A DNA stretch of 64,000 nt from Laetmonice hystrix. Lineage: Eukaryota. The notes below the pieces were generated by a model. The model was given only the letters and a program-made list of their open reading frames with translations, had not been told where the DNA came from and made no database searches. The stretch lies in contig OZ249445.1 of the NCBI GenBank assembly GCA_965235115.1, positions 10,354,001 to 10,418,000 of the forward strand, read 5' to 3'. Position numbers and translations under genes: made by a program. Position 1 is the stretch's first letter. Each line of letters begins with the position of its first letter. Of the stretch, positions 1 through 11,540 are shown piece by piece.

Positions 1-90
1 AGGTTTCCATCCATTCCAAGGACCGAGTGTTGTGTATTCAGAGTTACACGATAGCAATGTCATCTTGATATAAGCAAGTGGCCTACTGCA

Positions 91-1027
91 GTGCCACCTA
101 GGTTTGATATAAGACAATACTTGGAACCAACCAGTTGTGTGGTAAATACCCAGAGAATATACAAGTTGGCGACGAGGATGGAATGTTCAGCCCATTCCAA
201 GATGATCGCCAGGTACCGGTTTTATAACCGGAAGCAGCAGGACAGTGACTCCATTGAAGACTTTGATATGGCCTTACGAGAGTGTGCTGTGGACTGTAAA
301 TTTACAACCTTAGAAGGGTCATTGTGCGAACAGTTCGTGCTCGGATTAAACGATGTCAGTACACAGCAAGAATTACTCAACAAGGACGAGGATCTGACTT
401 ACACATCGGCCCTGCAAGCTGTCTTCGTGCTGGAAGCTGTGCAGGCTGGGTGTGCTACTGCGACAACCAAATCCGTGACACATGGTCAAGATCAAGGCAA
501 AAGTGAGACAGTACACCACATGAGACAGAAACCTCATAAATTTCAGAGACCGCGCGACAGTAAACATACCAAGTCAGGTGAATGCAAACATTGTGGCAGA
601 ACAAATCACAGTTCCGAGGTATGTTACTTCAAGAATGCCCGTTGTCATGTGTGTAACGTTAAGGGCCATATCAAACCTGTGTGTACGTATACTTAATCAG
701 AAAATACACACTGTTGACTGTGAGATACCTGATTCCGATGACAGGTCCACTAGTTCTGGGTCCGAGTATGCATGTAACACAATTCAGATAAAAAGTGTTG
801 AGGATAAAGCCCTGAAACCCGATACAAAACCAATGTATGTTCATGTCAAGGTCCAGAACAAAATGGTAAATATGAAACTAGATACAGGATCAGCTGTAAC
901 AGTCATGTCTAAAGCAGAGTCTACCTCAGACCAAAGTACTCAAAAAGGGTTATTCCAATACAATCGTCTCCCTTTTTGCATAGCCTCAACCCCTGCCATA
1001 TTGTATATTTATAATATCTGGCTTTGA
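91..1027 (+). mobile_element. Decayed Gypsy (Mag-like) LTR retrotransposon: gag, protease, large deletion, RT remnant
   Basis: ORF 91-696 has a gag-like core (ARYRFYNRKQQ...LRECAVDCKF...EQFVLGL) and two CX2CX4HX4C zinc knuckles. Overlapping ORF 578-1027 has the aspartic protease motif MKLDTGSAVTVMS and then jumps directly to the RT motif GLFQYNRLPFCIASTPAI. Confidence 0.85.
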
Positions 1028-1391
1028 GTCGCTGATGTAAAAAACAATGCATTTATTCACATAAATTAAGATTTATTAATTACACCAACCTAGATAGTGA
1101 CAAATCCCCTGACTTCAATAATTATTTGAATAATATCCCAAAGGTTTTACGGATAGAGGTAGGCCTAATTATTCTCATGTCACTCATAGACAGAACTTCC
1201 TCCACTCCCCTCTTGTCGTTTAGATGAGATACCTTGCAGATTTCAGTCAGGCCAGGTGTTTTTAGGGTACCTAACGTTTTTTGCCCATTTTTTAGCACTC
1301 AATAGTAGGGCTACGAACCAGTGCACCAGTGCGAGTAGCGAGCGCCTGTTTTGCACCCTGCTAATGCCGACAGATTATCACGGATATCACA

Positions 1392-1493
1392 GCCTACTGC
1401 AGCGCCACCTAGGTTTGATCCAAGACAATAAAGGGAATGGAGTTTGAACTTGGAACCAACCAGTTGTGTGGTTAATTACCAGAGAATATACAA
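1392..1493 (+). repeat. Diverged duplicate of 81-164 (possible LTR/leader fragment)
   Basis: gcctactgcag(c/t)gccacctaggtttgat...ttggaaccaaccagttgtgtggt...agagaatatacaa occurs at 81-164 and at 1392-1493; the second copy has a short internal insertion. Confidence 0.85.
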
Positions 1494-1500
1494 CAGCAAG

Positions 1501-1655
1501 ACAAACCAGTTTTTCTTACCCATGGGGTTAAAAAATAATCCACGCTCATTTCAAGCACCAATGGATTTCGTGCTTGGAAAAGTCAGACTCCATGTAGCAA
1601 TTTGTTTCAAGGACAATATAGTTATCTAGAGCAGGACTTTCCAGAACCATTTGAA
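1501..1655 (+). mobile_element. Decayed Gypsy reverse transcriptase fragment
   Basis: FLPMGLKNNPRSFQAPMDFVL...CFKDNIVI*SRTFQNHL resembles the RT segment MPFGLKNAPATFQ...YLDDIVIYSxTFEEHL, with the catalytic YLDD degraded and a stop codon. Confidence 0.7.
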
Positions 1656-1899
1656 AAACAATTTTCCTTATAAGAAAAGCCAACCTTAAGCTTAAGCAGG
1701 CCACTGGGAGGCAATCCCCTACTCTTCAAAAATGTATCACAACATGCTGCTTGGGCCAGTTTGCTCATCACTGTCAGAGGTTCTGTTTATCTACGACAAT
1801 AAAGAGCATTTGAAGACCTTTGTGGTTAACCTTTGTAGTTGTTATTTTGTCCTAAACTCAACTTTCATTGTAAATGTTTACAATCAGTCAGTTAGACTT

Positions 1900-2125
1900 A
1901 AGCCCCACCCTCATTGTTAATTAGCCAAACCAGCCAGTTGTGAAGTCATGGTCGAGGCCAGTCTAACCAAGCCAGGGGTTCTACCCATATTATGCAGAAA
2001 ACGTAGATTATAAGCCCCACCCTCATTGTTAATTAGCCAAACCAGCCAGTTGTGAAGTCATGGTCGAGACCAGTCTAACCAAGCCAGGGGTTCTACCCAT
2101 ATTATGCAGAAAACGTAGATTATAA
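1900..2125. repeat. Tandem duplication, 2 x 112 bp
   Basis: aagccccaccctcattgtt...acgtagattataa starts at 1900 and again at 2012, near-identical. Confidence 0.95.
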
Positions 2126-2666
2126 ACAGTCATGTTAGACAGACACATTTGAAGAAGAGTGTTCCAAACGAATCACATTTTCTTGTAAGACAAACATGAC
2201 TGCTACGTGCACGAAAATCCACGGTACAACCAAAGAAATAAAGGAGGTAATGTTTGTTTTCAGTTCTGAGCAAACTGAGCAGTTCAGTACAGTGTTGTGT
2301 GAATCAAAATGCCTGACACCACAAGCCCTGCCCATAGAACTCTTCTTTTAGGGATGTAAAAACAATTAACCCACTGGTATCTGCCACGAAACTGGCCACC
2401 AAGAAAGCGAAATTGGCCTATATAAAGAGATTAATTTGATAGGCCTAATAGAAACCTCATAGAAACAAACTTCTCTGCAGGCCGCCAGTGCTGCCACCTG
2501 GTGATCAGAGTTCAAAGTAAGCTTGCACTGCTCTGCTGAAACATGAGAGCGACTGCTCACTACATTAATACTCGAGTGAGGGCTAACTACATGTATTTAC
2601 TGGCCCTAGACTGAAACAAACCTTACAGTGAGGGCTCCCTACATCTCTAGACTGGAGTAAACACTA

Positions 2667-2816
2667 TGTCGACACCTTATGCTATGCGAATGGGTGCAGT
2701 AATCTTAGGGCCTGGGTTCGATTCCTGTAGAGGACTATACAACTTTTCTCTTTAGGGACATTGTCAAAGTAATTGGGTTACCCCTGATGCCCGTGCATTT
2801 CAAAAGAAAAATACAG
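2667..2816 (+). mobile_element. tRNA-derived SINE-like element, 5'-truncated copy
   Basis: Matches the copies at 2971 and 3407 from tgtcgacacc onward; contains the B-box GGTTCGATTCC. Confidence 0.65.
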
Positions 2817-2970
2817 TCTACGCCAGTGCCAGGATTACCTTAACAGTCAATGTTCGGTAGAAATCATGTGTAGCTCTAACTAGGAAAATATGGATTCCGT
2901 CTCATTTCAAAAAGATGTGTGTAGGGGGGAGGGTCCATTGTCCTGCTCGACCACCAAAGCTCCTTTTTTA

Positions 2971-3150
2971 GGGGAGTGGCGGTGGCCTAGTGGGCATGGG
3001 TGTCGACACCTTATGCTATGCGAATGGGTGCAGTAATCTGAGGGCCTGGGTTCGATTCCTGTAGAGGACTATACAACTTTTCTCTTTAGGGACATTGTCA
3101 AAGTAATTGGGTTACCCCTGATGCCCATGCATTTCAAAAGAAAAATACAG
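2971..3150 (+). mobile_element. tRNA-derived SINE-like element
   Basis: A-box-like GGTGGCCTAGTGG and B-box GGTTCGATTCC in tRNA-like arrangement, followed by a non-tRNA body ending tttcaaaagaaaaatacag; three copies in the window. Confidence 0.7.
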
Positions 3151-3406
3151 TGAGGGCTCCCCACATGTATTCACTGGCCCTAGACTGGAGCAAACACAAC
3201 CGTGAGGGCTCCCTACATGTATTGACTGGCCCTAAACTGGAGCAAACACTACAGTGAGGGTTCCCTACATTTAATGAATGGCCCTAGACTGGAGCAAACA
3301 CTACAGTGAGGGTTCCCTACATGTATTGACTGGCCTTAGACTGGAATAAACACTACAGTGAGGGTAACTACATATATTGCCTGGCCCTTGACTGGAGCAA
3401 ACACTA

Positions 3407-3577
3407 CGGTGGCCTAGTGGGCATGGATGTCGACACCTTATGCTATGCGAATGGGTGCAGTAATTTTAGGGCCTGGGTTCGATTCCTGTAGAGGACTATA
3501 CAACTTTTCTCTTTAGGGACATTGTCAAAGTAATTGGGTTACCCCTGATGCCCGTGCATTTCAAAAGAAAAATACAG
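3407..3577 (+). mobile_element. tRNA-derived SINE-like element
   Basis: Same A/B boxes and body as the 2971 copy. Confidence 0.7.
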
Positions 3578-3871
3578 TGAGGGCTCCCTACATCTCTAGA
3601 CTGGAGTAAACACTACAGTGAGGGCTCCCCACATGTATTCACTGGCCCTAGACTGGAGCAAACACTACAGTGAGGGCTCCCTGCATGTATTGACTGGCGT
3701 TAGACTGGAGCACACAATACAGTAAGGGCTCCCTACGTGTATTGACTGACCTTGGACTGGAACACACTACAGCGAGGGTAACTGGAGAAAACACTACAGT
3801 GAGGGCTCCCTACATGTATTGACTGGCCCTAGACTGGGGCACACACTAGAGTGAGGGCTAACTACATGTAT

Positions 3872-4250
3872 CAGGGTTCGTACACTTCCAGTTGATCAAA
3901 ATTTCCCGACTTTAAAGGACCTTTTTTCCAATTTTTAAGGACCTTATTTAACTACTTTTTGACAAGTCACTGCTTCCAAGTCCAGGCAGTTAAGGTAAGG
4001 GATCATCCACGATCTTTAACACGTGCAAAAATGATACAAAAATACAAAAAATACAAAAAAACGTTTTTCAAATTAGCGATGGAAATGCAAAAGTTGAAAG
4101 ACTTTTTCTTTTAAATATAGACAATCGAATTTCATGACTTTTTCATGAATTTTTGAGCATTTTCGGAAATTTCATGACTTTGTAAGTACTTAAATTATAT
4201 AATTCAAATTTCATGACTTTTTTAGGATATTTAAGGACGTACGAACCCTG
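3872..4250. mobile_element. MITE with 12-bp TIRs and a 5-bp target duplication, inserted in the satellite
   Basis: CAGGGTTCGTAC...GTACGAACCCTG; TGTAT on both sides (3867-3871 and 4251-4255). The interrupted satellite unit shows the empty site. Confidence 0.85.
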
Positions 4251-4759
4251 TGTATTGACTGGCCCTAGACTGGAGCAAACACGACAGTGAGGGCTCCTAC
4301 ATTTTTTGACTGGTCTTAGACTGGAGCAAACACTACCTCTCCCTTTGTTAAAAGAGACGTCAGGACTAACGGCAGTGTAGATCTGCACGCTGCAGTCGAC
4401 AGGAGGATGGACTGTCAACACCCCACTGACTGGGTGTGGGATTCACCGCATGGGCCATGGAATCAGCTTGTCAGAGTAGGGACTAGACTAGAGCGGCAAC
4501 CCAATGAATACAATTTGTGGAAGAACACAATATATAGAAGTTGCATCCGAAAATGAAATAAAATTCTTCATCCTCAAGGCATGCTTCAGTTGAAGCTTTG
4601 GGAGGAATAGCACAACATCAATGGTATTAAGGCGACCCGTGTGCCGTGGCCTTCTCACCTCAAACTGACTGATGATTAGGCCCTTTGTCATACTACTCAC
4701 AGTTAAACTACAAAAAAAGACTACAGCATTCAAACTTACATGAATCAAAGATATTAATA

Positions 4760-5030
4760 CAATGAGTAATTTAGAACCAAAATCTCTGAACCTTTGGAGC
4801 TTTTTTCGAGAAATGGGCGATTTTGTGCCAAAAAGTGCACATTTTCGCCCAAAAAATGGTAAAAAATAAAAATTTTGAAAATCTGAAAAAAAACGGTCCT
4901 AGGGAATGCCCTTGGAAATCACTATGCAAAATTTCAGAATTTTTTTTTACCAGTTATTGAGATCCAGCTGCTAACAGATGGACGATACCCCATAACAATA
5001 GCTTATAAGCTGGTAAGCTAAAAATGACCC
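4760..5030. mobile_element. Possible Helentron-associated (HINE/DINE-like) non-autonomous repeat fragment
   Basis: ...tatgcaaaatttcag...acagatggacgataccccataacaatagc... resembles recalled HINE-type ends; motif-level resemblance only. Confidence 0.3.
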
Positions 5031-5369
5031 CCAATGCCCCACAGACGTTTGACGTCATGACAACATGATGTCATGAAGTGACATCGTGACTGATTGTCTG
5101 ACCAGACTTTGTCATGAGATAAGACATAGCGTTTACTACAACACTTCTATGACTATGTATGAGATGAGAAACAAATGGACTAGCTTCCAGACATCATATC
5201 AATACATCCAACCATTTATGCTCAGCATCTCAGTAAAACAACACCACGAGAAGTAGAAGGGCTGTCACAAAAAAAGCCCCCAGCTTGCAATCCAAACTCC
5301 ATTAGCAGAAAAATACACAGCTCATGCCTCCTTACAGTGTCAGTCCATTCTCGCCATACAATCCATGAC

Positions 5370-5652
5370 AGAACTAACTAAACGACAACAGTATTGCCAA
5401 GAAGTGGGGCCACTATAAATTTATGTTCTAATTCCATATTCCAAACAAGCCCCAAGAAACATTTAACTAGAGAAGTTGCAGCATTATTATATCAAAAATA
5501 GCATACAACATCATCATCATGACAGCCCAATCCAGGGAATTCCAAAGAAGAGGCCACAAGTGGAACAGTAGTCGTCCCTGTGTCTCAGAGAGATCAAGTC
5601 CTCACATCGTACCATGATTCACTTCTAGGTGGAGGGCACCAAGGATATTGCG
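5370..5652 (+). mobile_element. Decayed Gypsy integrase N-terminal zinc-binding (H2C2) fragment
   Basis: VVPVSQRDQVLTSYHDSLLGGGHQGY at 5571-5648 matches VVPxxxRxxVLxxxHDxxxGGHxG; disrupted upstream connection-like sequence. Confidence 0.6.
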
Positions 5653-6469
5653 AGTGGTGTTATCACAGCATTATTGCGACGTCACACATCGGGCAGTTAC
5701 ACGTTAATTACGTAACTGTGGCATTTATTGCCCTGAGGTAAATGCTGGTGTTTCATTTGGTCTATGAAACCTTATTTGCCGTGTGTTTTCCATCCCTTTA
5801 AAACTAAATATCAAAAGCTGGGCATTCAGGGTTACATAAAACAGGCATGAGAGCAACGACTGAAAAAAAAATCTGAAAATTCCCAGGGCTATGGAAAATG
5901 GCGAGGCCCTTGGGATATCAAGGGGCAAAGCCCCTGTAAGCTGAGCAAACAAAATCAGGTACCTTAGAGTTTTCGAGACTTTATGCCAGGATGACGCAAT
6001 GTTGCAATGTTTGCTGGCAAGTTTTGATGAATTCGAACAGGTTTCCCCCCCCCCCCTCCATCATAATGCATTTTGAGATCTCAACGGATTTGCATCGATC
6101 TCGATGACCACAAATTTGGACGTGAAAAAATCGGAATTCCGAGAATAATCGGAACACTCTCATGCCTGATAAAAGCATGTGTCAGCGTGTCAAGGTATAT
6201 TCCAAGTCAAAACCTGCTCCCATGCCATGTGCTGATATCTCTGAGGTGGCACATGAACTTCTTAGGTCCACTCAAAGAATCAACCAATTAAAAAATCAAA
6301 TAAGTCCTACTATTTTCTCAAGGAAAGCCAATGTTGTTGATTTTTCAATACTTCTCTTTATTCTTTACAAAAAAACGTGAAAAAATTATTTTTGCATCTT
6401 ACAATTCTCCCCCCCCCCCCCCTCTTTTTTGCCTTAAAATATGGGTTATCGTGCTGCAATTGTGCACAC

Positions 6470-6623
6470 CTGGGGCCCGTTTTACTAAAGAGTCCATAAT
6501 AATGACGTCGATAATTTAACATAGAAGTGAATTGGCTGCTAGGTCGGAAACAATGACCTAGCAACCATTCACTTATATGTTAAATTATCGACGTCATTAT
6601 TATCGACCTTTAACCGGCCCCAG
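6470..6623. mobile_element. Foldback MITE (almost entirely palindromic)
   Basis: ctggggcccg...ataataatgacgtcgataatttaacata..gtgaa..gctaggtc / gacctagc..ttcac..tatgttaaattatcgacgtcattattat...cggccccag; GGGCC-type ends are reminiscent of PIF/Harbinger MITEs. Confidence 0.8.
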
Positions 6624-6949
6624 GGTCCTACGTATCATTTTTTAAAGTGTGGCATTTATAGGAATAAGATAAGAATAATCTATCCATATTATATGCCAGG
6701 AAAAATGATGATTTTGCCCATTCTACAGTTGGTCCTGCGCGAGATGGAGAGAGCATGTGAGATACGGTTTGGCACGTCTGACCCTCACGAAACAAAATGC
6801 TCAATTGACCTGAACGCGCCGAACCGTATCTCACATGCTCTCGCATCTTGCGAGGGCCACAAGGTAGAATTCCATTTATTAGAAATATGAAAATTAAGTT
6901 TTATGCCCTTATATTATGTGTTGGTTGCCTGGTCGGCTACTAGGCTCCC

Positions 6950-7140
6950 AAGTCCCAATCTATAATAGGAGGTGAAACCATGGAAACCATGTACTTCCCG
7001 AGCATGACGAGGGCCTGGCCAAGTGGAAACAGCATGGATCTTCTCAGGATAACAACTTACACCTTTTGCAGAAACTACATGACCCAGAGATTGTAACTGC
7101 CTTTGAAACAATTTGCATTGCTTGGCCTTAAGCTTAAAAC
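6950..7140 (-). mobile_element. Decayed Gypsy pol fragment (RT thumb/connection)
   Basis: FKLKAKQCKLFQRQLQSLGHVVSAKGVSCYPEKIHAVSTWPGPRHAREVHGFHGFTSYYR matches the LKLxxxKCxxFxxxxxxLGHVVSxxGV...WPxP...FLGxxSYYR consensus. Confidence 0.8.
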
Positions 7141-7964
7141 AAACGACCACCACCAGTGTGTACAGGCCAGGCACACTGGCCGTATTCTAAGCAAGTTAAA
7201 CAAGATTTGAACACAATTGGTGCTCAAACAGTTTGATATAAGCACTTTAGTGCTGGAGCCTGCTTAGAGCCTGCTCAGCTGATAGAGGCCGCCATAGCGT
7301 CTGCTCGTTGGGCTAAACCAAATTGCGCATGCTCGGCCTAGGCCTGACCAATCACAGCACGACTGCTCTCAAGTTTAGGAGGAACTAAAAACTGACGCTC
7401 CTGTTGTGTTGAGCAATGCGAAAGGTAGCGAACGTTGACAGCTTATAAGCAATATTTGTTAGAACATAGACGAAAACCATCGATCATCGATGGTGATGAG
7501 GAATGGCTAGGAATTAAGCCTACCGATATCAGGGGATATATCAGGGTGGACACGGATTCGTCAATTCGTCCTGCTCGGAGGTGTGATGTTGACGGAGCTC
7601 AGCCCCGCTGGGCCCGGGCCCCACTCTGACTAGAGATCCGGGCAGTGTCAGCACAGACCTGTTGCGTTTAGTTGTGACTGTGACTGTGGGACTGTCCCCA
7701 TCGATTCGCTCGGCCGCCTTTAGCCTAGTCTAGCCTAGCCCCGACAGCCCCGGCTTCAACTGATCAATTCAGTGCATGCTCAATAGATGGGCACAAGGAC
7801 GTTAATTACTTCCGGCCAGCCCCACAAATGGCTGCGTCGCTGAAGCCAGTGATTTTGACACGGTTGTCATGTTCGACATATGACTTCTTGGAATAGGGAG
7901 ACATTAATTTCCAACCACCACTCTGAAAGGTGAGGCCTTGCAGCTGTCCAAACGTGATTTTTGA

Positions 7965-8114
7965 CTGGACTTCTCCTTTAAGACCTGCATCTCTAGACGG
8001 TGACCGATCGAATGCCACAGAAAGGTTAGCTAGGGTATCTTTAAACATTTTCCCCAAACAGATTACGGGTAAGTCGTCTAAATATACTAAGCATAATTGC
8101 CATTGCAAGCACAT
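7965..8114 (-). mobile_element. Decayed Gypsy RT fragment containing YLDD
   Basis: LQWQLCLVYLDD...GKMFKDTLANLSVAFDR...DAGLK; in Gypsy RT this immediately precedes the segment found at 7140. Confidence 0.75.
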
Positions 8115-9517
8115 ATTATAAGTTCAATTATATAGATGCTCAAATGTGGCAGGTGCGTTTGTTTAACCAAAAGGCATGACATTAAAATGAAATTAACCCT
8201 TTCCAGTCACAAAGGCTGCAGGGGGGATTTTAGCCTTGGGTTGAAGGAAAAACCTGCCACTGGAGCTTACCGGTAGCTGTTCCCTGATCCGAACCCATAC
8301 CCATGCAGTGGCTAAGCCAGCACCTATCCTAGCTGTCGGCCCACTGACCCTTGTTTTGGTTGAAAATTACAAAAAATTATAAACAATATATTAGATAAAG
8401 TGGGCAGTTGTTTATAACATCAGTGTAGATTATCATTACATATTCTCTAAGAAAAATTGTCTCGTACATAATGGCATGTTATAACACAAACATGCACGTC
8501 CGTGCCATGATAAAACTGCTGACCACGTGCGTGTGCAAGTTTAGCGGCCCCTGGTGGCAAATGGCGGAACTAACCTCCAGCCTGGCATGGGATGATTTTG
8601 CTTGGCGGCCCATCCACGTACAATATTATTGTACAATATTCAGGTTTGCGCAATATTATTGAGCGTCTATTTGTCATACTGAAGTACTCAAGTATTGTTT
8701 CAATATTACTGACTCAATAATATTGTACCTGGATGTGCTGCTTTAGAAAAAACACTGCACCCCCAACTTTGAGCTGGGACCCTGGTGTAAAAACATGCAG
8801 TTATCTTAATTCTGGAAATGATGGAAAGACAACTTTCACGGATAATAAGTCAGAATCTTTTTTGTTAGGAGCGTTTGAAATTGGTATGTTCGTCATGTTA
8901 ATTAATAAATACACTGTTTGCAAACTTCTTTTTTTTACCACTTCTATTTGTCATAATGGTGTTGAAGTTATAGAAGTGGTGAAAAAAAAGGAAAAAACTG
9001 ACTTTCAAATTTTCACTTTTGCTCATTTACACCACAGTGAAAAAACAAAAGTTGTTTTTTGGCCTCACACTAGCACTTGTCCTTAAGTTAGTATACCTGG
9101 CAGAAACCTACATCTCTTCTCATGGGGTACAAAGCCGCCTATTCTGAAACCATATTATGTATAGAGAACCCACGGTTGAGCTGCTAAGCACTATTTCAGT
9201 TTCCATTCCAAAGCCAACAACCCTTTGACAGGATAAACCTTAAATCAAGAGCGATCGAGGACTTTATTACATGAAATATTAGGAGATACAGATCTCATAT
9301 GCTAAATATTCTACATGCCTACAATCTACATCGGTCTATGCCGCTTATCTAGAAGCTTCCACAGACCTGACAACATCTGTCGGTTACTATGGTTTGTGTA
9401 GCATTCACGCATTGTGGCGAGAAAATCTGATACACCACTCATGTCGCAGCGACACCTAGGGTTATGTGGAACTAAAACTGGACTCCCATATTAGCCAAGT
9501 TCAAACGCCATTGTTGT

Positions 9518-9689
9518 CAGGGGTGCGTTTCTATAAAGTCCAAAAGACTCTTTGAGACCCTCACTGAACCCAAAGAGTCTTTGCGGCGATGTGGTGTTTC
9601 TATAACTCTATTCTTTAACACTGGTTTCGAAAAGACTCTTTTGAAAGACTCTGCGCAAAGACATCTTTCCTCACAGAAACGCACCCCTG
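9518..9689. mobile_element. MITE with CAGGGGTGCGTTTCT TIRs
   Basis: caggggtgcgtttct...agaaacgcacccctg, perfect 15-bp inverted ends; internal aaagactcttt/aaagagtcttt repeats; no clear TSD. Confidence 0.7.
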
Positions 9690-9799
9690 CCTGCCAAATT
9701 GTATATACAATTGAATATACAAGCATAATTGCTCTTCTGATGGCAGGCTCTGACTGATCACATCTGTGTAGCAGGACAAATTAATAGCCTAATTAATTC

Positions 9800-10056
9800 C
9801 AGTGGCGGATCGGGGGGGGGGGGCACCCCTATTTTTCAAACTCTTGCCTATTTTCTATGTTTCATGCTTAAAAATAATGGAATTTCGTTGAAAGATTTGG
9901 GAGAAATTTCTACTCTACATGTTCAGAAAACATGTTTTCGACGTTCCTGAAAATTTCCAAAAAAAAAACATTCAGGGGAGACCCCCGAAATGGGCCACTG
10001 ATTATCCAACAAAAGTTTGTCCCCTTTTCTGAAATGCTGGATCTTCAATGCCACTG
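9800..10056. mobile_element. MITE, CAGTGGC...GCCACTG ends, 5-bp target duplication
   Basis: AATTC at 9795-9799 and at 10057-10061; internal G-run. Confidence 0.7.
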
Positions 10057-11407
10057 AATTCCCGCCCGAGGGCTGATTAGGCAGAGGCATACAGGGTGTC
10101 TCAGAAAGAAACAAATCCTAAAATATCATTTTGTGAGCAAATGATACTAACTAGATATAAGTTACCAAAACCTTGTCTTTCCAATGGTGTGTCAATATCC
10201 AGAGTTGACCAATTTATTATTGGTTTCCTGCACAAACCGAATGCAGCCTGGGACCAAGATAATTGGTACGAAAATCAGTGCATGAGATGCAACTGGAACA
10301 GATTTTCGTAGGCCTACCTATGCAGCCTGAGACCAAGTTAATAGATAAGTATGCGCTAGCTTCCCATTGTCATAGGCCCTTCTAGATGTGGTTACATCCT
10401 TCTCTAGTGTAGGTCGATATATCGGCTAACGCCCCTCCATACCCTTAGTTAGCCCCCACACCACAGCATGATGGTGGACCTGATCACAGGCTCATTCCCA
10501 CGTTGCCGGTAGGGGTCAGGTGGTGTAACATGCCAGTTGGTCCTCGCCATGGCTGTAGGGGGCGTTGCTGGTGGTGTTCTCAGTGCTAAGATGTCCCTGC
10601 TCTGGAGCCTAAACTGTAGGCCTACTCCAGAATTGCTATCATGCCGGGCCTTATATACCCAAAGGTAATGGATATAACTAGCGACCCATATCACGTCAGG
10701 TCAGATAACACCTAAATGATCTGAACAATCGAACATATTGGTAAACTAGATAGAAGTCTCTTTTTTCCCCCAAAACACCAAACTAAGTCCCACTACACAA
10801 ACGTGTTAAAAACAAACCTACCAAAACACGAACTAACACATCTGCTGGAGAACCCGAGTAGTTAATTTCCCCTGGAAATTATTTCACAGGGACCCGGCAG
10901 GTGTGTTGGTCACACAAGTAACCTTAAAGGGAATAGAAAAGTTCAAACTATCAATATAAGGGTGTTCAGCATGAACAAGCTTGTTCTTAGCTACAATTCT
11001 GTGATTATCTGATCTTTAATAAAGGAATAATCAACCTCAATCAACATTCTCCCGCTGGCTTCGTCGGTTTGTTTACCCTATTTGGCCATTATCAATCTAT
11101 TACCTCCCGCTGCCTCGGGTGAGAAATAGCGAATGACCCGGGCGGTATTTTTAAAAAGTCGCCGTAGACCGTGTTCCACTTATCAGTGTGACCTTAGACA
11201 CTTTATATGGTGTTACTGGTGTTCAAAGGTACGTTAGTGAGGAACTTTTGCTGTAGGTTTAATTTAATCGAAAACAATATATAAACTTGTAGATAGATTG
11301 TGTTGGTTATATGACATGTAGATCTAAGCAGATATATCTATTCGAGGGAACCCCTATCACGGTAGTTTTGATAGTAATCGCAGTAGTGTGAAAGCCTTCT
11401 GGCTCCG

Positions 11408-11540
11408 GGTAGGGTTCACTAGTCCGAGGGTTTACTATTCAGACGGTTCACAAGTCCGAGGGTTCACTAGTCAGAGGGTTTACTAGTCCGAAGTCCCGCC
11501 GACTAGTGAACTCTCGGACTAGTGGAGCCCCAACTAGTGG
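11408..11540. repeat. ~16-bp direct repeats followed by inverted copies (subterminal-repeat-like array)
   Basis: ggttcactagtccgag about 5 times, then cgactagtgaac and cggactagtgg in the opposite orientation. Confidence 0.7.

Larger units (their letters stand above)
2575..4330. repeat. 52-bp minisatellite array interrupted by SINE copies and a MITE
   Basis: Unit acagtgagggctccctacatgtattgactggccctagactggagcaaacact, with starts at 3251, 3303 and 3355 (period 52). Confidence 0.95.

Noticed and set aside
2971-3065. tRNA gene
   Set aside because: A and B boxes are present, but no convincing cloverleaf or terminator; repeated with a non-tRNA body, so called a SINE.
2575-4330. CRISPR-like repeat/spacer pattern
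   Set aside because: Eukaryotic context, contiguous tandem units without unique spacers, and no cas genes.
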